This document shows positions 1 through 8,205 of a stretch of DNA of 64,000 bases, one piece after another. Under the pieces are notes generated by a model, which had not been told where the DNA came from, ran no database searches, and saw only the letters and a program-made list of their open reading frames with translations. Every line of letters starts with the position of its first letter. Positions within the stretch are counted from its first letter, which is position 1. Location of the stretch: contig JAUSGQ010000007.1 in the NCBI GenBank assembly GCA_030674455.1, forward strand, positions 83,947-147,946, in the 5' to 3' direction. This stretch comes from a bacterium (GTDB taxonomy: Bacteria > Patescibacteriota > Minisyncoccia > Phycocordibacterales > UBA2100). The translations under genes and the position numbers were made by a program.

Positions 1-864
1 GGAAATTCTTTGCGCCGCATCGTGCTTTCATCTCTGCCGGGAGCCGCTGTCACGCATGTAAAGATACCGGGCGTAGCGCACGAATTCTCTACTATTGAAG
101 GCGTCAAGGAAGACGTCGTTACAATATTGCTTAATATACGAAAGATACGCCTCAAGCTCGTTACCGACGAGCCTCAAACGATTACGCTTCACGTCAAAGG
201 ACCAAAGGCTGTGACAGCTGCAGACTTGAAGCTCCCAGGCCAAGTTGAAGTTCTGAATCCCGAGAGCCATATCGCAGACATCAGCGGAAAAGTGACATTG
301 GAAGTTGAACTTCGCGCGGAACGCGGCCTCGGCTACATTCCGAAGGAAGTGCATCAGAAAGAGCGCGTTGATGTGGGTACTATCGCATTAGACGCTATTT
401 TCTCTCCGATTCGCCGCGTGAATTACGAAGTCGAGAACATGCGCGTGGGCGACAGAACGGATTTCAACCGTTTGCGAATCCTCATTGAGACGGATGGAAC
501 CATCGCCCCGAGAGAGGCGCTTGAGCGCTCAATAGAGACAATGATCCACCAACTTAAGGCCGTCGTCGGCTTCAGAGAAGAGGATGTCGCTGAGCGCGAT
601 GTCATGGCCTCTGCCGGTATACGGGAATCAAGGCGCGATGAGAAAGCGGCGCCTGACGCAGAAGTCCTCAAGACTCGCATCACCGAATTGAACATGCCGC
701 AGCGAGTAACGGATGCCTTAGATAACGCTTCGATACGGACAGTCGGCGGACTCGTGCGCAAGCGCGAAGACGACCTGCTTTCTATTGAAGGGCTCGGCCA
801 AAAGGGCCTGCAAGACATCAAGCGCGCGCTTTCTAACCTCGGCCTAACACTTCGCTCCCAATAA
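1..864 (+). CDS. rpoA: DNA-directed RNA polymerase alpha subunit, 5-prime truncated at window edge (starts near residue 40 of the E. coli alignment)
   Basis: The translation aligns with RpoA N-terminal, dimerisation and C-terminal domains (LRRIVLSSLPGAAVTHVKIPGV..., alpha-CTD LNMPQRVTDALDNASIRTVGGLV...GLGQKGLQDIK). The reading frame is open from nt 1. Confidence 0.9.
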   Translation, partial: GNSLRRIVLSSLPGAAVTHVKIPGVAHEFSTIEGVKEDVVTILLNIRKIRLKLVTDEPQTITLHVKGPKAVTAADLKLPGQVEVLNPESHIADISGKVTLEVELRAERGLGYIPKEVHQKERVDVGTIALDAIFSPIRRVNYEVENMRVGDRTDFNRLRILIETDGTIAPREALERSIETMIHQLKAVVGFREEDVAERDVMASAGIRESRRDEKAAPDAEVLKTRITELNMPQRVTDALDNASIRTVGGLVRKREDDLLSIEGLGQKGLQDIKRALSNLGLTLRSQ

Positions 865-974
865 GTATGTCCCAATTTACAAATGATACGAATACTACGA
901 ATGGCCACGAATATACGCGGATTAACATTTGTAGTTATTTGTAGATTGGAATTGATTCGTAGATTGGTAACCAT

Positions 975-1343
975 ATGAAGCATCACAACAAAAAGAGAAC
1001 GCTCGGACGAAAGACAGGACAACGGACAGCGCTATTGCGCAGCTTGGCCAGGTCTCTCATTCTTGCCGGAGGAATAACGACAACCATTGCCCGTGCAAAA
1101 GAATTGCGTCCTTTTGTTGAGAAATTGATTTCTGCAAGCAAAGCAAACACGACTGCTTCTCGCCGGACCGTTTCGGCGCGCCTGGGCGGCAGTCCTGACG
1201 CAGTCTTAGAGCTTCACCAAAAAATAGCGCCCGGCTTTAAGGCACGAGTCGGTGGATATACGCGAATTGTCCGGTTAGGGCGCGTTGGGAAGAGGGCGAT
1301 TGAATCCGCACGCATTGAATTAGTGACTGCAGACGGCAAATAA
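975..1343 (+). CDS. rplQ: 50S ribosomal protein L17
   Basis: MKHHNKKRTLGRKTGQRTALLRSLARSL...GYTRIVRLGRV is a typical L17 sequence. The gene sits directly after rpoA as in the conserved alpha operon. Confidence 0.9.
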   Translation: MKHHNKKRTLGRKTGQRTALLRSLARSLILAGGITTTIARAKELRPFVEKLISASKANTTASRRTVSARLGGSPDAVLELHQKIAPGFKARVGGYTRIVRLGRVGKRAIESARIELVTADGK

Positions 1344-1348
1344 TTTTT

Positions 1349-1705
1349 ATGGCTAAACAATCCGAATATACTATTGATGCGGCCGGCAAGAGCATGGGGC
1401 GCGTTGCCTCGCTTGCAGCGAAGACGCTTATGGGAAAGACCGAAGCGCAATACACGCCGCACATTCGCTCCGACGTTAAAGTAACCATCGTGAACGCATC
1501 CAAGCTGATTAATACTGATAAGAAGCAGCTTGGAAAGAAATACACTTCGTACTCCGGCTACCCTGGCGGATTGAAGACTGAAGCGCTCGGCAAGCTCCAG
1601 ATTCGCAAGGGCCATGGCGAGCCGCTTCGTCGCGCGATCGAGAGAATGCTCCCTCGCAACACTATGCGCGTTGCCAGAATGAAGAACCTCACAATCGTTG
1701 TATAA
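1349..1705 (+). CDS. rplM: 50S ribosomal protein L13
   Basis: The L13 pattern (SGYPGGLK, RAIERMLPRN) is present. It is followed by rpsI as in the conserved L13-S9 operon. Confidence 0.9.
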   Translation: MAKQSEYTIDAAGKSMGRVASLAAKTLMGKTEAQYTPHIRSDVKVTIVNASKLINTDKKQLGKKYTSYSGYPGGLKTEALGKLQIRKGHGEPLRRAIERMLPRNTMRVARMKNLTIVV

Positions 1706-1830
1706 TGCAATTTATAATTCTCAATTTTGCAATTTATAATCAATATGCAATGAGCTAATTATCAAACATGGAACATTGAAAATTCAATGAAAATTGGAAA
1801 TTAATAATTGAAAATTCATTTACTATCACT

Positions 1831-2226
1831 ATGTCAACCAAAGAAAGATACGTAGAAGCAGTTGGACGAAGAAAGACCGCGAGCGCACGAGTTCGGCTTG
1901 TTCCCGCAAAGACTTCATCAATGACAGTAAACGGAAAGACTGCCGCGGAATATTTCCCGCTCGAAGCGCTCGTAAAGACCGCTTTTGAATCGTTAACCTC
2001 AACCAATTCGACGTACGCAGTTTCGGTGCACGTATCCGGCGGAGGCCACAAAGGGCAGGCAACAGCAGTGCGGCACGCGATTTCCCGCGCACTCACGGAA
2101 ATCACACCCGAATTCCGCAAAGACCTTAAGCACAGAGGATTTTTGAAACGCGACCCGAGAGCGAAAGAGCGAAAGAAATTCGGTCTCAAGAAAGCGAGAA
2201 GGGCTCCTCAATGGAGTAAGCGCTAA
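1831..2226 (+). CDS. rpsI: 30S ribosomal protein S9
   Basis: YVEAVGRRKTASARVRL...GGGHKGQATAVRHAISRAL...KRDPRAKERKKFGLKKARRAPQWSKR is a canonical S9. Confidence 0.9.
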   Translation: MSTKERYVEAVGRRKTASARVRLVPAKTSSMTVNGKTAAEYFPLEALVKTAFESLTSTNSTYAVSVHVSGGGHKGQATAVRHAISRALTEITPEFRKDLKHRGFLKRDPRAKERKKFGLKKARRAPQWSKR

Positions 2227-2239
2227 CAAACCAATTGGT

Positions 2240-2497
2240 ATGCATCCAATACGTGTCGGTATAATCAACGCGATCCTGCCCGGCCTCGGCTATTTATTAC
2301 TTGGGCGACGTCTGCTATTCGGTTGGCTTATCTTCGCCGGGACTATACTGTTGATCATTGCCAGTTTTGTAGAACCTGCGGCAAATGATCTACTTCTTAG
2401 TACGACTTTTGAAGGAAGAATTCTTGAGGCTTTCTTCATGGGTGTGTGGGCAATAGCCTTTGGAGTTGATGCGTATAACGAAGCGCGAGTAAAATGA
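2240..2497 (+). CDS. small hypothetical membrane protein (85 aa, 2 predicted TM helices)
   Basis: The ORF has a hydrophobic helical composition. No recognisable family. Confidence 0.35.
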   Translation: MHPIRVGIINAILPGLGYLLLGRRLLFGWLIFAGTILLIIASFVEPAANDLLLSTTFEGRILEAFFMGVWAIAFGVDAYNEARVK

Positions 2498-2569
2498 ACT
2501 CCTGCTTAGCCCTAGGCCATAGACTCTCGGTCTAGAAGTCGAAAGGTTTTTTTGTTATACTCACGCTCC

Positions 2570-3148
2570 ATGACAGAGGAGCGTAAAAAAAATGAGGCTC
2601 CTGAAACGGAGTCTCATGATGAAGTCGATTTTGAACCCGAAGAAGAGTTCGGAACTTTTGGTGCTGCAAAAGCAAAACTCGCCAAATTAAGGGCGGAGCT
2701 TGAGAAGTGCAAAGAAGAAAAGCAGGAATATCTTGTCGGCTGGCAGAGATGCAAAGCCGATTCAATCAATGCGAAAAAAGATGCAATTAATATGGCGGAG
2801 CGGGCGGGAAATCGCGCGCGAGATTCGCTCATCGAAGATATCATTCCGGCGCTTGATAGCTTTGATATGGCGATATCGAGCGGCACATGGGCAACCATGG
2901 ACGAGAATTGGCGCAGGGGAATGGAAAATGTCCGTTCGCAATTGCTTTCGGCTATTTACAATCAGGGGGTTGAAGACTTCGCTGAAATTGGAGACGAATT
3001 TGACCCGGCCATGCATGAAGCGGTGCAAGAAGTTGAAGAGAATGGCGGAAAACCCGGAACTATCGCAAACGTAATTCGCCGCGGGTATCGGAGAGAAAAT
3101 CAGATAATTCGAGCAGCCCAGGTTTCAGTTGTAGTTCACAAAAAATAG
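2570..3148 (+). CDS. grpE: nucleotide exchange factor GrpE
   Basis: It has the GrpE coiled-coil plus C-terminal beta domain (IEDIIPALDSFDMA, FDPAMHEAVQ). The start is set at the internal ATG (MTEERKK). It sits upstream of dnaK. Confidence 0.85.
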   Translation: MTEERKKNEAPETESHDEVDFEPEEEFGTFGAAKAKLAKLRAELEKCKEEKQEYLVGWQRCKADSINAKKDAINMAERAGNRARDSLIEDIIPALDSFDMAISSGTWATMDENWRRGMENVRSQLLSAIYNQGVEDFAEIGDEFDPAMHEAVQEVEENGGKPGTIANVIRRGYRRENQIIRAAQVSVVVHKK

Positions 3149-3160
3149 AGTACGATTAGA

Positions 3161-3189
3161 TTGACAAAAGCTTTCTAACTATTTATATA
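3161..3189 (+). promoter_or_regulatory. sigma70-like promoter upstream of dnaK (TTGACA-17-TATATA)
   Basis: A TTGACA hexamer at 3161-3166, a 17-nt spacer and TATATA at 3184-3189 are seen directly. No CIRCE inverted repeat was found nearby. Confidence 0.45.
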
Positions 3190-3332
3190 TAATGTTGATA
3201 AAATCCAAATCTCAAAATCCAAATCTCAAACAAATTACAATGATTAAATTCCAAACAATTCCGGTTTGTTTAATTAGTTTATTTACTGGAGCTTGTTTGT
3301 AATTTGGAGCTTGGAGCTTAATATATAAATAC

Positions 3333-5249
3333 ATGGGAAAAATAATTGGCATCGACTTAGGAACTACAAACTCGGCAGTTGCCGTTGTTCGCGGCGGTGA
3401 GCCGGAAATCGTCGAGAACGCGGAAGGGGCGCGAACCACTCCATCCGTAGTCGCAATCTCTAAAACAGGGGAGCGCCTCGTGGGACTACTGGCGAGAAGG
3501 CAAGCTGTTACGAATCCAAAAAACACGATATTCCAAATAAAGCGCTTTATCGGCCACTCGTTTGACGAGCCCGCCGTCGACAAAGACAGAAAGGCCGTAC
3601 CGTTTGAGATACGAAAATCTACCAGCGGCGGCATTGAGGTGCACATGGGCGCCGCTCCGGGCGGGTCGGACGAGCCAAAGTGGTACCGTCCTGAAGAAAT
3701 TTCAGCGATGATTTTGCAGAAATTAAAACAGGATGCGGAAGCAAAGCTGGGAGAGACAATAACCGAAGCTGTTATAACGGTACCCGCATACTTTAACGAT
3801 GCACAGCGCCAGGCAACGCGAGATGCCGGAAAAATCGCCGGTCTTGATGTAAAAAGAATAATCAATGAGCCGACTGCGGCCGCGCTTGCATATGGTTTTA
3901 ATAAAAAGAAAAACGAGAAGATCGTCGTATTCGATTTTGGCGGAGGAACGTTTGACATATCGGTTCTCGAAGTCGGCGATGACGTGATAGAGGTGCGTTC
4001 AACCGATGGTGACAGCCACCTAGGAGGAAAAGACATCGACCAAAAGATAATGGCGTGGATTGCCGATGAGTTTAAGAAAGAGTCGGGGATTGATGTGCGT
4101 AATGATGCCCTAGCCCGCCAGCGCCTTGATGAGGCAGCGGAAAAGGCAAAAATAGAGCTCTCAACCGCTCTCGAAACCGAGATTAACATTCCATTCATCA
4201 CCTCTGATGCGTCCGGTCCGCGGCACTTGCTTGTTAAGATGACGCGGGCAAAGCTGGAAGATATTGCCCGCGAATTCATCGAGAAAGCGATGACCATTAC
4301 CAAGCGGGCGATGGACGCATCACCTTTTAAAAACGGCGACCTGAACGAAGTCATCCTGGTCGGCGGACAAACGCGCATGCCTGCCCTCCAAAAAGCCGTT
4401 GAGGATTTCTTTAAGAAGAAGCCCAACATGACGGTGAATCCGGACGAGGTAGTCGCAATCGGAGCCGCCATACAAGGAGGCATTCTTCAGGGCGATGTAA
4501 AAGATGTTTTGCTTCTTGATGTAATCCCTCTGTCTATGGGAATTGAAACGATGGGAGGAGTGGCGACAAAAATCATTGAACGAAATACGACGATACCAAC
4601 ATCGCGCTCGCAAGTATTTTCGACTGCATCCGACAACCAGCCGTCTGTTGAAATACACATCGTGCAGGGCGAGAGGCCGATGGCAGCTGACAACAAATCG
4701 CTCGGAAGATTCAACCTCGACGGTATTCCACCGGCGCCGCGCGGCATGCCTCAAGTTGAGGTAAAATTCGACATAGACGCGAACGGCATCTTGAGCGTTA
4801 CCGCAAAAGACAAAACGACCGGAAAGGAACAGTCAATCAGAATTGAAGCGCGTTCCGGCCTCACGGATGCCGAAGTTGAAAAGATGCGCAAAGATGCTGA
4901 CACTAATGCCGAGGCCGACAAACAAAAACGGGAACTTGTTGAAGCCCAAAATGCAGCAGACCAGCTCCAATATTCCGCAGAAAAAGCTCTCAAAGAGCAC
5001 GGAGAGAAGGTGAGCGAGGATATACGCAAGAATGTAGAGGTGAGAATTGACGCTCTTAAGACTGCGCGCGCAGGCACCGATGCCGCAGCGATAAAAACGG
5101 CGTCTGAGGCGCTTTCATCAGCGATGAGCGCGATTGGCCCCGCCGTCGCCAAGGCTAAGGCGGACGAGGAAGCGCAGTCGAAGACTCCGCCTGCGCAAGA
5201 GCCGCCAAATGGTGACGAGCAAAAACCGCCGGATAGTGAAACAAAGTGA
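3333..5249 (+). CDS. dnaK: chaperone DnaK (Hsp70)
   Basis: [32 protein letters not shown] and the full length (638 aa) are unambiguous Hsp70. Confidence 0.95.
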   Translation: MGKIIGIDLGTTNSAVAVVRGGEPEIVENAEGARTTPSVVAISKTGERLVGLLARRQAVTNPKNTIFQIKRFIGHSFDEPAVDKDRKAVPFEIRKSTSGGIEVHMGAAPGGSDEPKWYRPEEISAMILQKLKQDAEAKLGETITEAVITVPAYFNDAQRQATRDAGKIAGLDVKRIINEPTAAALAYGFNKKKNEKIVVFDFGGGTFDISVLEVGDDVIEVRSTDGDSHLGGKDIDQKIMAWIADEFKKESGIDVRNDALARQRLDEAAEKAKIELSTALETEINIPFITSDASGPRHLLVKMTRAKLEDIAREFIEKAMTITKRAMDASPFKNGDLNEVILVGGQTRMPALQKAVEDFFKKKPNMTVNPDEVVAIGAAIQGGILQGDVKDVLLLDVIPLSMGIETMGGVATKIIERNTTIPTSRSQVFSTASDNQPSVEIHIVQGERPMAADNKSLGRFNLDGIPPAPRGMPQVEVKFDIDANGILSVTAKDKTTGKEQSIRIEARSGLTDAEVEKMRKDADTNAEADKQKRELVEAQNAADQLQYSAEKALKEHGEKVSEDIRKNVEVRIDALKTARAGTDAAAIKTASEALSSAMSAIGPAVAKAKADEEAQSKTPPAQEPPNGDEQKPPDSETK

Positions 5250-5311
5250 GCGAGCAGTCTTAAGGTTCTAGGTTCTAATAATTGACGCCTAGGCTGTTGA
5301 TGTTAGAGTTA

Positions 5312-5905
5312 TTAAAGCCCGAAGATTTTCTTGAAAGAATTCTCGTGGGTAATGCGCTCTGCAACCGCAATTTCAATATTATTTGTAATGTTGAAATAAT
5401 CAGCGATGACCTCAAGTTCTTCTTCGCACGGATAGGGACATATAAATACTGACTTTTGATACCTTTCAAACCCAAGCCGCTTTAACGTGGCCGCGAATGC
5501 GTCGCGCGCTGATTTCATCTGATTTGGTATATCGAAGAACACGAGATGCCACCTGCTATCCCAGACAGCCAGTTTGGCCGGCCTGAGATCATATATCGCA
5601 TTACGTGCAACGACCTTGGCACCAGCCTTTGTAAGCTCAATCTCAGCCCGTTCATTCCCATATCTACGGATTCTTATATATTTCTTGTCAATAATATATT
5701 TTGAAATATATCTAAGCTGGCGCTCCGAAGCCTGCTGAAGTTTCTCGAAATCACGAAGTGCGCGGTAGGCACTCAATGAGTTTCGGGCAGGGTGTCGCGA
5801 AATTGCTATTGCTGCATTGCCAATGGTACTCAATACCTTATAGAGAAGTTGACTCTTGCGACTTGACGAGATTTTCATAGAAAGCCTGTCAAGAAAGTAT
5901 AACAT
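5312..5905 (-). CDS. PaaX-family-like transcriptional regulator (N-terminal wHTH plus PaaX_C-like domain)
   Basis: The C-terminal motif WDSRWHLVFFDIPNQMKSARDAFAATLKRLGFERYQKSVFICPYP matches the PaaX C-domain (Cas2/VapD-like fold) signature W.G.W.lv.fDiPe...R..lr..L..lGfg.lq.SVwv.P. The N-terminus is HTH-like. Confidence 0.55.
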   Translation of the reverse strand: MLYFLDRLSMKISSSRKSQLLYKVLSTIGNAAIAISRHPARNSLSAYRALRDFEKLQQASERQLRYISKYIIDKKYIRIRRYGNERAEIELTKAGAKVVARNAIYDLRPAKLAVWDSRWHLVFFDIPNQMKSARDAFAATLKRLGFERYQKSVFICPYPCEEELEVIADYFNITNNIEIAVAERITHENSFKKIFGL

Positions 5906-5968
5906 CCTACGCCTAGGCGTGTGCAGATAGATTCTTGCGATTAGTTCTTCGGGTTATACTTCACTGTA

Positions 5969-6490
5969 ATGAAGCTGGTCAGGCCTTCTGCAAAATACGA
6001 GAAGAGTTTTAAACAAGCGGTGCAAGAGTTTAAGGACGCAAAGTTTGATTCGCATTATCATGATGCTTTTGCAAATTTGCAAAATATAGGATTTGATGAA
6101 TTTGTAAAAAATGAGGTCGAGAAATCTAAAGGCAAGCATCTGCAGAAAGGGTACGTTCCGGAAACTGTGTTTTGGCTAGTCGAGGGCAATGAATATATAG
6201 GGCGCATATCAGTGCGGCACGAGTTGAATGATAATTTACTGCGCATTGGCGGACACATTGGTTATGAGATACGTCCCTCGCGCCGAGGCCAGGGATATGG
6301 AACCGCTATTCTCGCCAAAGTGCTAACAAAGGTAAGGAGACTGGGAATAAAGCGCGTGCTTCTTACATGCGACGCGACAAATATAATTTCACGAAGGATT
6401 ATTGAGCGCGCAGGTGGTGTCTTGGAAAATGAAGTTTCAAATGCAAGCGGTCCCAACAAGTTAAGATTTTGGATCGATATTACGCGATAG
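5969..6490 (+). CDS. GNAT family N-acetyltransferase
   Basis: The acetyl-CoA binding motif RRGQGYGTAIL and the surrounding GNAT core (VRRLGIKRVLLTCDATN) are present. Size is 173 aa. Confidence 0.7.
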   Translation: MKLVRPSAKYEKSFKQAVQEFKDAKFDSHYHDAFANLQNIGFDEFVKNEVEKSKGKHLQKGYVPETVFWLVEGNEYIGRISVRHELNDNLLRIGGHIGYEIRPSRRGQGYGTAILAKVLTKVRRLGIKRVLLTCDATNIISRRIIERAGGVLENEVSNASGPNKLRFWIDITR

Positions 6491-6525
6491 CTTTTCTTTT
6501 GAAGACATTCAACTATAATGGATGG

Positions 6526-7599
6526 ATGAAAAACTATTACGATATTCTCGGTATATCTAAGACGGCGACGGATGATGAGATAAAATCTGCATTTCGAAAG
6601 CTTGCACATAAGTATCACCCCGACAAGAAAGGAGGCGACGAAAAGAAATTCAAAGAAGCGAGCGAGGCGTACGCAGTACTATCCGACAAGAAAAAGCGCG
6701 CTCAGTACGATACGTACGGAAGTGCGTTTGCGGGAGGCCAGGAAGGGCCGCGAGGCGGTTTCGGCGGCTTTGATTTCTCCAATTTCGCGCGCGGAAGCGC
6801 AAACTTTGACCAAGAATTCGACCTCGGCGATATTTTCGGCGAGTTCTTTGGCGCGGGCGCCCGAGGCGGGTCCGCGCGAAGAGGGCGTGATATTTCAGTT
6901 GATATTGAGCTTCCGTTCCGCGAAGCGATTTTTGGTACAGAGCGGCGGATGCTCATCGCTAAAATGGCGGTCTGCGGGGTCTGTGATGGCACAGGAGCCA
7001 AAAAAGGCACAAAGCGCACCACATGCTCATCTTGCAACGGCAAGGGCAGCATTCGCGAAGCGCGCAATACATTCTTCGGCAATTTCACCACAGAGCGCGT
7101 TTGCCCGCGCTGTTTGGGGAGGGGCGAAGTTCCCGAGCATGAGTGCGAAGTCTGCAAAGGCCAGGGAGTTGCAAAACGGGAAGAAGAAATACATGTCGTT
7201 ATTCCTGCTGGTATATCCGATGGAGAAATGATACGCATGCCCGGCCGCGGCGAAGCAGTGGCGGGAGGCACTGCTGGCGATTTGTACGTCAAACTTCATA
7301 TTAAAGAAGACAAAGCATTTGCCCGAGACGGACACAATCTTATGACCGTACTTCATTTGAAACTTACGGATGCTCTGCTTGGCGGTGAATTCAAAGTTGA
7401 AACACTCGACGGCCCGACAACCGTGCGCGTTCCTCAAGGCGTCGCGCATGGCGAACTTATACGCGTAAGAGAACGAGGAGTGCCATACGGCAGAGGTTCG
7501 CGGGGTGACCTGTTTGTTCGCGTTGATATACAATTGCCTAAGAAACTCTCGCGCGCGGCGAGCGAGCTTATTGCACAGCTTCGTAAAGAGGGACTGTAA
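6526..7599 (+). CDS. dnaJ: chaperone DnaJ
   Basis: It has a J domain (YYDILGISKTATDDEIKSAFRKLAHKYHPDK), a G/F-rich region, and four CxxCxGxG zinc-finger repeats. The start is set at the ATG 6 nt downstream of a TATAAT (6514-6519). Confidence 0.9.
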   Translation: MKNYYDILGISKTATDDEIKSAFRKLAHKYHPDKKGGDEKKFKEASEAYAVLSDKKKRAQYDTYGSAFAGGQEGPRGGFGGFDFSNFARGSANFDQEFDLGDIFGEFFGAGARGGSARRGRDISVDIELPFREAIFGTERRMLIAKMAVCGVCDGTGAKKGTKRTTCSSCNGKGSIREARNTFFGNFTTERVCPRCLGRGEVPEHECEVCKGQGVAKREEEIHVVIPAGISDGEMIRMPGRGEAVAGGTAGDLYVKLHIKEDKAFARDGHNLMTVLHLKLTDALLGGEFKVETLDGPTTVRVPQGVAHGELIRVRERGVPYGRGSRGDLFVRVDIQLPKKLSRAASELIAQLRKEGL

Positions 7600-7665
7600 G
7601 GGCAGGTTTAAGGTTTTAGGTGTCAGGTTATAGGAAATCTTTAAAACCAAACAAGAAATCTTTTC

Positions 7666-8157
7666 ATGGAAATATCCTCAATTAGCAATTTCTTTGCTTA
7701 CGTTCCGACGGACTGGATAATCATAGTCGCTCTCGCGGTCATTGCTTCATTTGATGCTATTCGTTCCGGCATGGGAAGGCAGGTCGCTCTCGCACTATCG
7801 CTGCCGGTCGCACTTTTATTTTCCACATCACTTCAAAGCGCTAAATTCCTCTCCGGCATTTTGCCGCAAATTGGAACTCCCATTTTAAAAGCGGCTTTTT
7901 TCGGGGTCCTTTTTGTGGTCGCATATTTTCTCATCCGCCGCATGACCGAATCGTATGGAAGCGGAAGCGGCGCAGTAATACAAGCTGTCGTAGCAGGCGT
8001 AGCAACGACTGCAATTATAGTCATCATCTGGTTGCAAGTGCCGGAGCTTCAAGCTATTTGGAACTTTGGCCCGCAGGTACAGGCTGTTTTTGCTGAAGCG
8101 TATCGTTTCTGGTGGCTGCTCGGCTCCTACGTTGCTCTCGCGTTTGTGAGGGGCTAA
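7666..8157 (+). CDS. hypothetical integral membrane protein (possibly CvpA-like, 4 TM)
   Basis: The sequence is hydrophobic with four helices. Length and topology are reminiscent of the CvpA family, but no diagnostic motif. Confidence 0.4.
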   Translation: MEISSISNFFAYVPTDWIIIVALAVIASFDAIRSGMGRQVALALSLPVALLFSTSLQSAKFLSGILPQIGTPILKAAFFGVLFVVAYFLIRRMTESYGSGSGAVIQAVVAGVATTAIIVIIWLQVPELQAIWNFGPQVQAVFAEAYRFWWLLGSYVALAFVRG

Positions 8158-8205
8158 AGCGCAAAAACGCTCGCCCGACCAATCGCTAATGCGATTGGTT
8201 TAGGG

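Noticed and set aside
423-1022. 199-aa minus-strand ORF
   Set aside because: It is antisense to rpoA and overlaps the rplQ start. It has no recognisable features.
2498-2569. Possible CIRCE/HrcA operator upstream of grpE (TAGACTCTCGGTCTAG and CCTAGGCC palindromes)
   Set aside because: Neither matches TTAGCACTC-N9-GAGTGCTAA, and the arms are short. I report only that no CIRCE was found.
3201-3230. Tandem AAATCCAAATCTCAA repeat upstream of dnaK, considered as a mini CRISPR-like or CIRCE element
   Set aside because: It is only two 15-nt units with no spacers, not palindromic, and not similar to the CIRCE consensus. It is treated as a simple tandem repeat.
3212-4483. 423-aa ORF on the minus strand
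   Set aside because: It is entirely antisense to the highly conserved dnaK gene. The translation is low-complexity (S/A/R-rich) with no motif, a typical shadow ORF of a GC3-biased gene.
6602-7650. Several 190-210-aa ORFs (6602-7231 +, 6702-7292 -, 7027-7650 -)
   Set aside because: All lie within or antisense to dnaJ, which is unambiguous. Their translations are Ala/Arg/Ser-rich artefacts of the Gly/Cys-codon-rich dnaJ sequence.
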